A DNA stretch of 63,800 bases, the filler included, from Collodictyon triciliatum (lineage: Eukaryota), in assembly GCA_043381765.1 (NCBI GenBank). It is 9 parts of 9 records of this genome, joined end to end, with 100 filler letters (N's around TTAATTAATTAA, not from the genome) between each part and the next. Parts side by side here need not be neighbours in the genome. Positions count along the whole stretch, not along the records: positions 1 to 8,215 come from JBHJMP010003528.1; positions 8,316 to 16,564 come from JBHJMP010003529.1; 7 more parts are not named here. The stretch is one strand, 5' to 3'. The notes under the pieces are model-generated. The model ran no database searches. It saw only the letters and a list, made by a program, of their open reading frames with translations, and had not been told where the DNA came from. Shown in pieces: positions 1 through 12,000 of this stretch. Numbering within the stretch: position 1 is the stretch's first letter; every line of letters begins with the position of its first letter. Position numbers and translations under genes: made by a program.

Positions 1-170
1 TTTATGTGTTTATGTGTTTATGTGTTTATGTGTTTATGTGTTTATGTGTTTATGTGTTTATGTGTTTATGTGTTTATGTGTTTATGTGTTTATGTGTTTA
101 TGTGTTTATGTGTTTGTGTGTTTGTGTGTTTGTGTGTTTGTGTGTTTGTGTGTTTGTGTGTTTGTGTGTG
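1..170. repeat. Octamer microsatellite (TTTATGTG)n shifting to (TTTGTGTG)n
   Basis: Tandem repeat directly visible at the window start. Confidence 0.95.
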
Positions 171-814
171 TTCGCCCTATGAAATTCTTTGGCGGGTCTG
201 CTTTTCCGGCACACTTTCTTAGAAACTTGGAGGTCTCTATTGACCGCGCACCAAAAGAACCGGGAAGCGCTTTTCCAGGTTGGTTTCTTTGTCTTCAAGA
301 CTAGAAGCCTGAAAAAGGACGAGTGTGCCAGTGGGTTAAGTAATAAGTAAATAAATAGGTTGAAGGAAAGATAAGCAGGGCAAAGCAGAAGAAAGTACAA
401 ACAGAAAAGAAAGAACAAGAAGAGAAGAGGGCGGGGTGAAGTATTTGTTGGTGGGGCGCATGCCTGTGTTGGGTCAGTGCGCTATGTTTCAAAAGGTTGT
501 TGAATTTGAGAAGAAGAAAAAAGAAGAAGCTGAAGCTGAAGAAGATGCTCTCGAAGAGTAGTGTCGTGGCCGATGGTCCTACGGGATATTTCTATCATCA
601 GTGAAGAAAAAAAAAGAATGGAAACTCTTGATGATATTTATTTCTTAACTTCTTTTTTTCTTCTTTCTTTATTCTTTAATGATTTAATTTTTAATTATTT
701 AATTTATTTCTTTCGAATTTTCTGCGAATGATAGACACGAAAACGGTATTTGTATCAAGAATGAAGCTCATGGTTTACCAATATCTTGCATATTGTAGAA
801 CTTTAGGTGATACC

Positions 815-3800
815 ATGTTACCAAAGTCTTCTTTGTTTGGATTGCTTTTATTTGCATTTGGATTTGTTCTTATTTTAACATTCCGATTGGGATCACAAAT
901 GCACATCGAATATTCTCCCTTAGATGCACAAGCCAAACACCCAGTAAGTAGAAAAATACCAAAGTGAATCGTTTTGGAATGAGCATGTCTGTTGGAAAAC
1001 ATCTAATAAAAGTTATTATCGCACAATATACGAGACTATTTTTCTATCTTTTTCTCATTGACATTGCCTCCTGGAAACCATAAAGTCAAAGAGAAACCTT
1101 TTAATATATTCACCAAACATAGCTGAGTGATAAAGCGAATGATTGGAAAAGCTCGAGTAACTCTACCAGATTGTCGCACGATAGAAATGTAGGAAATTCG
1201 ACGGAGGCCTTCTCATCCCAAGTTCCCCAAAAGTCACTGTATGCTTATGTGAATTTTCTAGGCTCAACTAATTTTGTGCCTGGAACAATCGCACTATTTC
1301 AATCACTTAAGGACTTAAGTTAGTTGTTTCTTCATATATCTTATAATATGACTATGAAATATATTGGGCAAAGTAATTTTTTTTTCGATAATACTGTATA
1401 ATCCCTTTTTTTTTTAAAAAAAAAACTATTAGATACGCTACACGACTATGTGCTTCTTCATTTTGACTCTTTGCCAAAACATTACCTTAATGCACTTCAC
1501 TTATTTGGCGTTCGAACGAAGAGAGTGGATTTGGTTGAAAATCCTAGTAACATTCAAACATTCAAGAGGTTTAAATACTCTTCCTATCGGTACAGTGTGA
1601 CATATACTAAATTCCGCGCCTGGGAATTGGTTGATTACAGAAAAATAATACTTATTGATTCTGATGTACTACCACTGAGAAACTCAGACATCGTTTTTGA
1701 AGCTGCTACGCCATGCTCCACACATGTTTTCAACTCTAGAATCAAAAATTTAACAAATCCTGCATTTCTTGGTCTTTCCCCCAACAAAGCAGAGTTTCGC
1801 AATATGATAAAAATGACTCAGAAGATAGGTTCATACGACGGTGGGGAACTTGGGTTCTTGAAAGAATATTGGAACCACCCAAGCTCATATAAGGTTCCGA
1901 TTGTTTAATGTAAAGGAAATAATTTTCTGTGATTCATATGGTATTGGTTGATGGAATCCGCCTTATTTTTTCTTTCTAGTCAAGTTTTTTCTTTTAAAAA
2001 ATGCAGTTGTAATTTTGTACTAGGTGCTTCCAAAGGAGGTCCTTTGGGATATTTTGAATATCTATCCTGGTGATTATTCTAGGATTTTTAATACTCACAT
2101 GTTCCTCAAGAAGCCTGGAAGCAAAATGGCAGAAAAAATATGGATGATTGAACCCCCACATCCCAGCAAAGCATTTGATCTAGGGTGCATGTTCTTTTCG
2201 AATCCAATAATTCGCTTTTTGCATCTTTGAAAATGAAAGAGGCACGCCGTCAAAATGTGTGAAAATAAAAACATTTTTCATTTGAATGTTGATTCATCTA
2301 CTTTTACAGGTATATAAACCGTCGAAAACCGAAAGATATAAAAAGATATAATTTTTTTTATGGGTCAGTCGAACGATTTTGGAGCATGTACAATAAATTT
2401 TGGCTATCCCTTTCCCACGTAGAGTTTTCGTCTGAATATCGCAGTGTAAGCTTTTCAGTTCCTTTTCCTTTAGTAACCAGAAATAATAATTGATTGGTTA
2501 ATGAATAACAGGTTTCTGGTGTATGGACTAGCAAAACGAATTCCAAATTGTATCTCAGACAGTCACAAAATCGAATATTCGGTCTTGTACATAATGTTTA
2601 TACGCAATTAATAAGGGGATTCATCTCGGAAAGCTGTATATCATTAAGTCTGTTCGACCTTAGGTCTGGTCAAATTACAGCAGGACTCTTCAAAATTGTT
2701 CAACAAAATAGAACACTTCTTTTATTCCCAAAACTAGGTTTGCTAAAAGAAGTCTTTATCAAGGAAGATATGAACGGCCCAGGTAGGGATTGCATTTTGT
2801 CATGATTGAAAAACTAATTCCAAAATTTTCACTTTGATTTAATTTGCATAGTGGTGTATAATTTTAAGCATAATTAAAAATTACCTTCTTTCGATAACAC
2901 ATTATTGGAAGCTAAATTTGTAGTGTATGATTTTGTTTATATCCCAATCATCTGGATTTTAACGTATTTCCTGAATATTATGTTTTTCCATTTTTTTTTT
3001 CAAAGATCCAGTTCTGAATGACATATCGCTGAATGGATTATGGGTTGGAGACGGAAAGGTCTTTAGTATCAAAGAGTATTCCAATACCATTTTTGGAGTA
3101 TCTTCTTACAAATCAGATAATAACGTAAGGCTTTGCTTATGTACTGGATTTCATTTTATTTTTTAGGAATAATTAGTACCACTATTTATATTTGTTACAT
3201 CACCACTCAAAAAACAGAGTATAGCAGTGTTTTTTGGAGATGTGGGGTCATCATCTTCGATATCAATGCACGGAACATTCATTTGGGGACAAGGAGTTAC
3301 ATTTGATTACAGAGGTAAAATTTGGACGGCCCAGTCGCATTCGGCTTATCAAATGACAGATACGCATGTCATCTACAATATTACATCCATGAGCACTCTA
3401 CCTTCCCGGGCCACGTTAAAGAATGATGCCGTAGAAGTCAACCATCCAGCTAAGTGTAAACATGTTTCTTAAATAGTATCATGCAATGAACATGACAGCT
3501 CCATTTATTTATTTATTTTGCCCTAGATTACAATCATACCAAAAATTTTATGCTCCTTTCATATTCATATACCTTTATATGGGTACCTTTATCTCAAACT
3601 TCTCATTATAGGGGTCAAGAAGTTAAAAGAAGCATTCAAGCATATTCCGTCAAAGAGAATATCTGTTATGAAAAATCAATTATTTGGCTTTCTTGCGGGA
3701 ATTTGGTGCGGCTCAATAAACAAGATCAGTGATAATGATGTGGGTATCTCTATGCTAATATCATTTTTTCATGAGCGATTTGAGAATACCTAAATTATGT

Positions 3801-4681
3801 GAATTATGTCTTTGTTATTTTTCCCTTTATTTGATTCAAAGAATTATGTCTTAGCTATATTGCCTTATTTACTTCACCATGATTTGCTTCACTTCTTACC
3901 ACTATTCCCCTGATAGAGTCACGAGTTCAAGATTGTGGAATGGGAAAATATGTTTGTTCTCATAGATGAATTTAAAAATTATCCGGAGAAGGGTAGTATT
4001 GCGTTTGGTGCAGTACAAGATGCATATGAGACTATTCTATTGGAATGGTATGAAATAGGAAGAAAGTTTTACGATGCAGCTAATTCTACATACCGACCGT
4101 GGCAATATCTGGTCATGAATAGAAATTTGTATTCTCTAAGATATGTAAAGCAGAAAAGAAAAAGCCCTGCTATGCTTACATCTCTTGACAGTCGGTTTCT
4201 TTTCCATTTAAAGAAAAAGGAGTCAATTTCGTGTGAGTTAATTTTGGTAAATCATGGGTTGAATCACAAATTCTAGTCCTTAATTTTTTTCTAGTTTAAG
4301 CTAACGGAGAAAAAAACACAGAATAATGTAATATGTGTCTGTTCTCATACTATTTGACATCAATCAGCATGGGCATTTAGAAATCGTCATGAGAACGACC
4401 TTCGCGGAATTGACTTGAACGGCAGGTGGAAAGGCAGTCCTGTGGCGGAGTATTCGATCATCACCACTGAAAACAACTGCGCTTACATATTTTCTATGAC
4501 ACCAAGGGCCAAGTGGATAGCAACTGGTCCTCTTCACGAGGATATTCTTAACCTACATTGGTATATTACTGACTCTCTCTTGCATGGAATTCTAATTCTC
4601 CGGGTTACGAACGCTACCCAGTTAGATGTCATTTTCACAAGTTACGAGGATATGCCGCAAAGGCTGATTCGCGAAATATAA
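815..4681 (+). CDS. Multi-exon glycosyltransferase family 8 (glycogenin-like) type II membrane protein with a long uncharacterised C-terminal region
   Basis: Signal anchor MLPKSSLFGLLLFAFGFVLIL; exon YAYVNFLGSTNFVPGTIALFQSLK; YTKFRAWELVDYRKIILIDSD (DxD); SYDGGELGFLKEYW. Later exons may belong to a second gene. Confidence 0.75.
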
Positions 4682-4825
4682 ATGTAAAGACTCTCGGCTC
4701 TAAAATAACCAAGTTGGTATTGTGAGAGAAAGTAAAAGTAGTGATATAAATCTGAGATAATAGTCAGCGACTTTACGTGTGTTTGATGACGAAATAAAAG
4801 AATGGGGAACATTCCTTCAGAATAG

Positions 4826-7515
4826 TTACGATTGATATGTAAGCAACCTGATTCCAGGGAGACTATTTTCTAAGAGCGACACATTGCCGCCATGGTGGAC
4901 TAAAGAATGAAGAAATACATCTAGAAAGGACTGTGGTACAGCGCATTGGTTTTGCAGCCGAAAATAGTACAAATTGAATGAATTATACGTGAACTAAGAG
5001 TGATGTTTAATAAACAAACAAAAAAACATTAATTTCTTGAAAAACTCCAAATATTATTTATAGGCTCATTTCCTGCATCCAAGTTACGATTTCATAGGGA
5101 ATGAAAAACGAGAAGAAAAGAGGACATGATTTTGCCTTTTGTTAGGTTCGGAAGCTTTGTAATTCAAGAAAATGGGAGGGAACATGACTATGGAGTTGAG
5201 TTGGAGTTGTAGAATGAGTATGAGGAACAAAGTGCAAACCCTTCAATTTAAAATACAAGGTGGACTATGACAGGCCGGTGCCCATCCCAAGAATTTTTAC
5301 AGCCTCTGAAATTCCAAGCATTGAGTAAGACCGCCCTTTGGTGACTTTCTCAACTGTGGGGATTTTAGAGTTTGTTTTGTTATATGCATCCGCTATCCAT
5401 CGATGTCGAGAGGCATCTACTAGACTCATCCGGTTGGATGGCTCGGTGCGAAGAAGAGAGGTGACGAAATTTCTCGAGTCTGATTTTAGAAGTAAATTTC
5501 ATGGTGTGAGAAAACAACTGATTCACTTGGATTCATAAAATGGAACTATAATTTTTTTTTAAAATTGATAGCAATAAAGATAAAAAAAAATGATGATGAA
5601 AAGTGATGACCTGCTGATAATCTTGTAGGAAAGAGAAAGTTGGGGTCTATTTTTTCCCTGTACATGGCCTCACAATTTCTCTTCCACATAGCCGATATAG
5701 GGCTCACTTTGCATATTGTCAAGCCACATACCACTCCAAATCCCCAAATGTCAGATGAAGCCTCGGTGATGTTTTCAAACAATGTCTATTTTGATATATA
5801 TATATATCATTAAAACTTATGCAAAAGATACGATTCCAAAGTTAAATAATCATATAAATAAAACCATCAAGCTTTTGATTCTGTGAAAAAAAAAAATGTG
5901 GCCTATGACCGCATGGTCATTGAATACAAACATATGTCAGTGACTTGTAATTTGTCTTGCCTCGGGTGCGATGTATCCCGGCGAACCGTAAACGTGTGTA
6001 TCAGGCAAGGCTTGCCACCTTCTGCAGACAGAAATACCAAAATCGCATAGCTTTACCACACCATCTTTTCGTATTAATATATTTTCAGGCTTTATATCCT
6101 TATGAATAATGAATTTTTTGTGGCAATATATTAGGGCAGACAAAATCTGAGATATGATTTTCCTTGATTTTTTCTCTGGAAGTGCGTCTCTAGCGTTAAT
6201 ATAGCTGAGTAAGTCCTCTCCTTGGACCAGGTCGGTCACGATGTATGTAAAAGAGCGCAAAGGATCGTAAATTACCTAATATTGCGTAATCTGTGTGACT
6301 TTGTAAAAGGTAACCCATAATCAAATGGAATAGGAGACTGACAAACATAAGCAATTAAATATTTGGCTTTTACAACATATATTCCAAATCATGGTATATG
6401 GCCAAAAAGCAGTAGAAGTATGATGTATGCGAAAGCGTCACTACCTCGATAAGTTGCAATATGTGTGGATGGCACAATCGTGAGAGAATCATGGTTTCCC
6501 TTTTGCAATTATCCTGGTCTTTCTTACTCAGATGCTCGATATTCCAGTCAATAACTTTGATAGCGACCTAAATAGAGTGGTGTAAAATGAATAACGCATC
6601 GAAGGGTAACTGTCCCATGGTATTGTCTTTGATTCATTATATCAGCATACTAGTTGTTGGTTTGTCTGGTTGATGCATTTCCACACTGACGATGTGGTTC
6701 CATAACCAACTATCATTAAAAAATGATACGCACATTGCCCTAAATAACCAAAAAAAAAAAAAAGATGAAGAGTAAAGGAGGAAAGGAGACATTTTTAGAA
6801 ATCGATGAATAATTTGGAATATCAACCACAGATGTATATCTTTTTTGGACAAATATGACCTTCCATCATAGCATTACATAAGTAATTCACCTTCGATATG
6901 TCCAGAGGGTGGATTAACATGGACACATACCTCTGTATGGAATATATATTAATCCATGCACTATTCATTACACTTGTAAATACACATTTACTAATCCTAT
7001 ATCTTCTATGAAATAGTCCATCGATCCGCCATATCTTATTAAAAAGGCTTCATTCACATATATTTCAATCATATTACATGGCTACCAAAAACTGAAAGAA
7101 AGAAAAAGCAAATAATACTGCCACCACCGACCGAGAACCAACATGTTTTTGTTATTCAAGAAGAGGAAGAAAAAACTGGGTGGAATATTTGATAGGGTGA
7201 TTTAGCCTTGCCTTGGTTAATGATGAGCTCTGATTTGAGTCTCTGGCTTGCTTCAAATGTTGTAACTGTGATAGAAGCAGACGTTTGCGGAGATGTTTCC
7301 GTGTGCTCAGAAGAAGGTACATACGTGAAGGTTTGACCTTGTGATGTTGTTTCTCTCGGTAAGTTCATAATGGATCCATGTAGAAACTCGAGTCCTTGGG
7401 CTTGGGCTTGGGCTTGGGCTTTTGTCTGTGAAGCAGAGCTACGGTTTATTTCAAAGGAGGACCCGGGTTGACTTCCACGCGGTGAAACTTGGAGTGGACT
7501 ATAGCACGACTGCAT
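4826..7515 (-). CDS. Multi-exon Ser/Thr protein kinase (CAMK-like, HKD catalytic loop)
   Basis: Exons give YGTTSSVWKC, VAIK, RETMIL, HPHILQL, IIHKDIKPEN, KLCDFG, GSPGYIAPE, SDIWGFGV. The start codon is uncertain. Confidence 0.85.
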
Positions 7516-8119
7516 TCTGGAAAACTATTAGAACCTGTGAGAAACTGTGAAAAGGATAGGCTGTGTGGGTGGTGAGCGCAACTTCTGGGGGCATTTTTTT
7601 TTCGATGACAAGCGTTTGTTGTAAAAGATAAAAGGTTTGCGAGGGTTTTTTTTTAAAAAAATAAAATAAAAAAAAGAAAATCTTCATGAATAGATATAAC
7701 GACCAGAGTTCGCAGCGCCACGGCAAAGATTGCGATTCTTTTAAAGATAAATAAGGATGCACAATCAAAACAGGAATGGAAAAGAACAGAAAAAAAAATG
7801 AAAAAGAGATGAAAAAGATATAGGAGAGAAGGCGCTGGTTTTTTTTTTTTGGAACCCTCCGCTTCATGGGCCAGATAGGTTGATTTTGGGACGCTGGGTT
7901 GCTGGGTTTATTCTCTCTTGTTGTCGCAACCCGCACGCAAGTTTTAGGAAGACTTTTTTGGCAACGCTGGTTTTCGCTTCAGACGGAAGACTCGAATTTG
8001 AAGGATGGATGTCATTCGGCTGACAACTGTCCACGAGGAGAGAATGAAGACAAAGAATCCGAATATCGTGACGAAATAGAGCACGTAGAAGTGGTCTAAC
8101 GAATACGACCTGAAAAGAG

Positions 8120-8215
<96 letters not shown>
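8120..8215. repeat. (TTA)n microsatellite at contig end
   Basis: Directly visible. Confidence 0.95.
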
Positions 8216-8315
8216 NNNNNNNNNNNNNNNNNNNNNNNNNNNNNNNNNNNNNNNNNNNNTTAATTAATTAANNNNNNNNNNNNNNNNNNNNNNNNNNNNN
8301 NNNNNNNNNNNNNNN
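8216..8315. other. Artificial contig linker N44-TTAATTAATTAA-N44; identical copies at 16565-16664, 24844-24943, 33150-33249, 41455-41554, 49758-49857, 58055-58154 and 60982-61081
   Basis: Identical 100-nt structure with stop codons in all six frames. Confidence 0.98.
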
Positions 8316-8422
8316 CAAAAACCAAAAACCAAAAACCAAAAACCAAAAACCAAAAACCAAAAACCAAAAACCAAAAACCAAAAACCAAAAACCAAAAACC
8401 AAAAACCAAAAACCAAAAACCA
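8316..8422. repeat. (CAAAAAC)n heptamer repeat at contig start
   Basis: Directly visible. Confidence 0.95.
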
Positions 8423-9025
8423 AACACTCTCGGATCGCATCTATAACGAATGCTTTTTTTTTTAATAGCTGGGCTATATCGTGCTACCACACTAAAGTAT
8501 ATCGGCTTTACGATGAGTGTAATACCACAGAAATCACTCAGCCAAGCCACCACATGGTTAAGGAGTACACCAGACCATAGTTCTAGAACACAATTTAGTT
8601 TGGAAATAATAATAAAAAGAACAAAATGGAAAGGATTCACAAATGAAGATACAGTTGAATGTAGGATTATTAAAATTCATACTTCAATCTTCGATGACAA
8701 TAATTACGGACATGTTCATATTTTTGACCACTTTAAGCTAATATGAACGTTTTTAGGAATCGAACGGGAAAAATAAATGCATTTGTAGCCAAGAGTGGAA
8801 TTTTTACCTTTACTATTATATCATCTAAAAATTAAAAAAATAATAAATTAAAATACTATAAGAAAAGCTTCTTCTGGTCCTTACCGGAATAGTTATGAAA
8901 ACAGATATGATATGAAATATGCGAGTCAAACAAAGAAAATCACGCACTAAAAGAGTGTATCCAGAGATGCATGTGTTTTTCCCCCCATTCTGTTGAAAGC
9001 CATATGACACCCTACCAACAGAAAT

Positions 9026-12000
9026 ATGTCCGAGCCATCACCAAGCAGGCAATCCGACGCCACCAACCAGCAAGAATCTGAAGACCAGAAACATACAGAA
9101 CCAATACGAGAACCCGCACCAGTCGATGAGAAAATCCGCAGAGGCCTAATTCCAGCCGCAGTTTATTCTGATGGCGAAGGGAGATGGACTGTTGTCTATG
9201 ATACCAGAGTCTTGAGAATCTTCATGTCCTCCACTTTTCGAGACATGCAAAGAGAAAGAGACGAGTTCTTTGCAAATGCCGAAAAAAAGTAACATCGTTT
9301 TGGTCAATTACAAAATTCCATGAGTACATGTTTGTATGTTGGGTTTATCTATAAATCAAAAAATTGTTGCAGACTCAAAGACTTTGCCAAGAAGAAGGGT
9401 GTCATCCTTGTTTTCATCGACTTGCGCTGGGGACTGACCAGTGAAATATCTGAGAATGGACTGGTGGGAATTATTCTAGTTCTTTCTTGATTTTTCTATT
9501 TTTAATTTTTTTTATCAATTTTAAATCATCTCCATTATAAAGGTCGTTATCAGCTGCCTTGAATCTATCGAGGAATGTCCTTACTTTCTATGCACACTCG
9601 GCTCACGTTACGGTTGGTCACCAAACCATGAAAACCCATCTGAATGGCATCCAGACACGGACTTGAAGTTTCCATACCTCAAGGAGATTAGGGGTCTCAG
9701 TGTGACTGATTACGAGGTTCATTTATACTGTATATCCGCTTGTAGTCAAATATTTGTATATATCACTATCAGTCTCTAACATTATTCATGTCAAATAGAT
9801 TGTTCACGGCGCTCTGAGAGAAAATCCTGTTGCCCGACGTGCACTCTTCTATTCCCGAGACGAAGAACATGCAGTCAACCACGTTGCTGAAACCGATGCA
9901 GAGCGTGCATTATATCGCCCAGTCGACGAAAAGGATGTAAGCAGAAAGGACTTTGGACCATTTCTCTTTATAATACTACGGTAATTTGAGAACTTATATA
10001 AGCCTTAATTTCAGAGAGAAAACCAGGATGGATTGAAAGAAAAGATTGGAAATGTCTTTGAAGTCAAGCCATACAAGACACCCCAGCAGCTTGTCTCGAT
10101 GATGGTTGATGATTTGATGGAAGCCATCGACAAGGATTTTCCCGACCAAGAGGTTTGTTTTCAAAGAAATTAAGTATTATCAATATTAGTTAACTTTAAG
10201 TATTTTTAGTTCTCCAATTATAATATAAAAAACTTGTAGCATAAGCATCCTGAGGACAAGGCGCATGAGCAGTTTATGCGACATCGACTGATTGGATTGG
10301 AAGGAAGAGACACCATCTTGGCCATTTTGAAGGAGAAAGCGATACTGCAGCTCGATACTGAATGTTCTGATATTACCGTTGTTGGCGCAGAGTCTGGTAT
10401 TGGCAAATCGACGATTATGAGCGGGCTAGTTCGTGACCTGAAGGCGGGCAAAAAGTCGAATCTAGTAGTCATCTACCACTTTGTCGGATGCTCAAACCTG
10501 AGTAACTATGTGGAAAAGTAAGAATAATCAATAATATAGTAAAGTAAAATATGTTAATTGGTCATATAAGTATTGATCACCATTTTTGCAATAGTTTGGT
10601 GGAGCGCGTAGCTCGCATTCTTGTTGAAAATGAAGCAATCGAACTGAACCTTGACTCCGAAGAAGGTTCATATGTCAAATGATAATTAATTTCTATTTCT
10701 TTTTTATTTCTTCATTCAATAATTTACATAAGCACTCATTTTGTTTTTATGCCTTGTTGTAGGGAAGGAAGCTTTGAAGAAGGGACTAGACCACATACTC
10801 AAGCTTGCATCAAGAAATGAGTCGATTTCAATAATCATGTTTTAATTAAAATAATATAATATCTGACAAGCCTATCAATACAGAAAAAAGCAGGTTGTCT
10901 TGGTCATCGATGCATTCAACCAGTTGGTCAATTCAGAGCATAACAAACACGTCCACCGCCTTGAATGGCTTCCCAAAAAGACACCAAAGAACATCTCCAT
11001 CGTCGCATCAACCATCGACACCCACGAATCATGCAATGTTTGTCAATTTTTTCGAGGATATAATATGCTTGAATTAATCCAATCGCTTTTGAATAGGTTG
11101 CCAGGTCAGCAGGGCTAGATATCATTCCTGTGTCGAAGCTTGATGATGTCGGAATCAGACAAGCAGCCACCTCGTTCTTCAAGCGCTACAACAAGACCTT
11201 AAACGAGAAACAGATGGAGATGATACTGAGTGACCGTGACGATACTGGTGATTATAGCTAATAATTCGAATATTTTTATATTTTATTTTTAGTACACATA
11301 TTTTTTAATTGTGAGTACAAGAGCAGGTCATCCACTTTACCTGCGCATTGTGCTGGATGAGCTGCGTGTATTTGGAGTGTACGAAAAAGTAGACTCCGAG
11401 CTTCGTGAAATGCTGGAGACGATAGGAGTTGTCAATTTGTTCGACCTTGTGATGACTCGCTGGGGAAAGAAATACGGTTTTGTAATACATATGAAAGTGT
11501 TATTTTAACGTGATTATATTGACCTGTGTGCAATTTTAGGAGAGGATATTGTTCGTCTCTCCATCAGTGTTCTTTATGTGTCGCGCATTGGTCTTGATGA
11601 AAACGAGCTGGATAAATACATGGAGCATCGACTTAACCAAATTCATATGCAAATCAACCATGCAACCTGGTATATCGATACCTGACATATGATTCATATA
11701 TATCACTTTTGATAAATTGTATTTTTTATTTTAGGAAATCGTTTCTTTTTGTCTTGCTGGATTCGCTCTTTGTGAGGAACGGGAGGTGATACGGGTATTC
11801 ATATGTTTCTTAATGGTCGTAATTGCTCATCACAATATCTTTATTAGATACGCGTTCTCTCACCAGCTGCTGACACAATCCATCAAAGAGCGATACTTTA
11901 AGGATGAAGCATACACAACAAGTGAAGCACGTGAATATGGATTGTGGCTGCTGGGTGAATACGGCTCTGACACTGAAGAGAAGAGTGTTGTTGCCGAAAT

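Noticed and set aside
8216-8315. Recurrent palindromic TTAATTAATTAA roughly every 8.3 kb
   Set aside because: It is always embedded in fixed N runs totalling 100 nt, so it is an artificial concatenation linker, not a biological motif.
8316-8422. Contig-end repeats as telomeres
   Set aside because: The units differ at every end and similar repeats occur inside introns, so they are assembly breakpoints.
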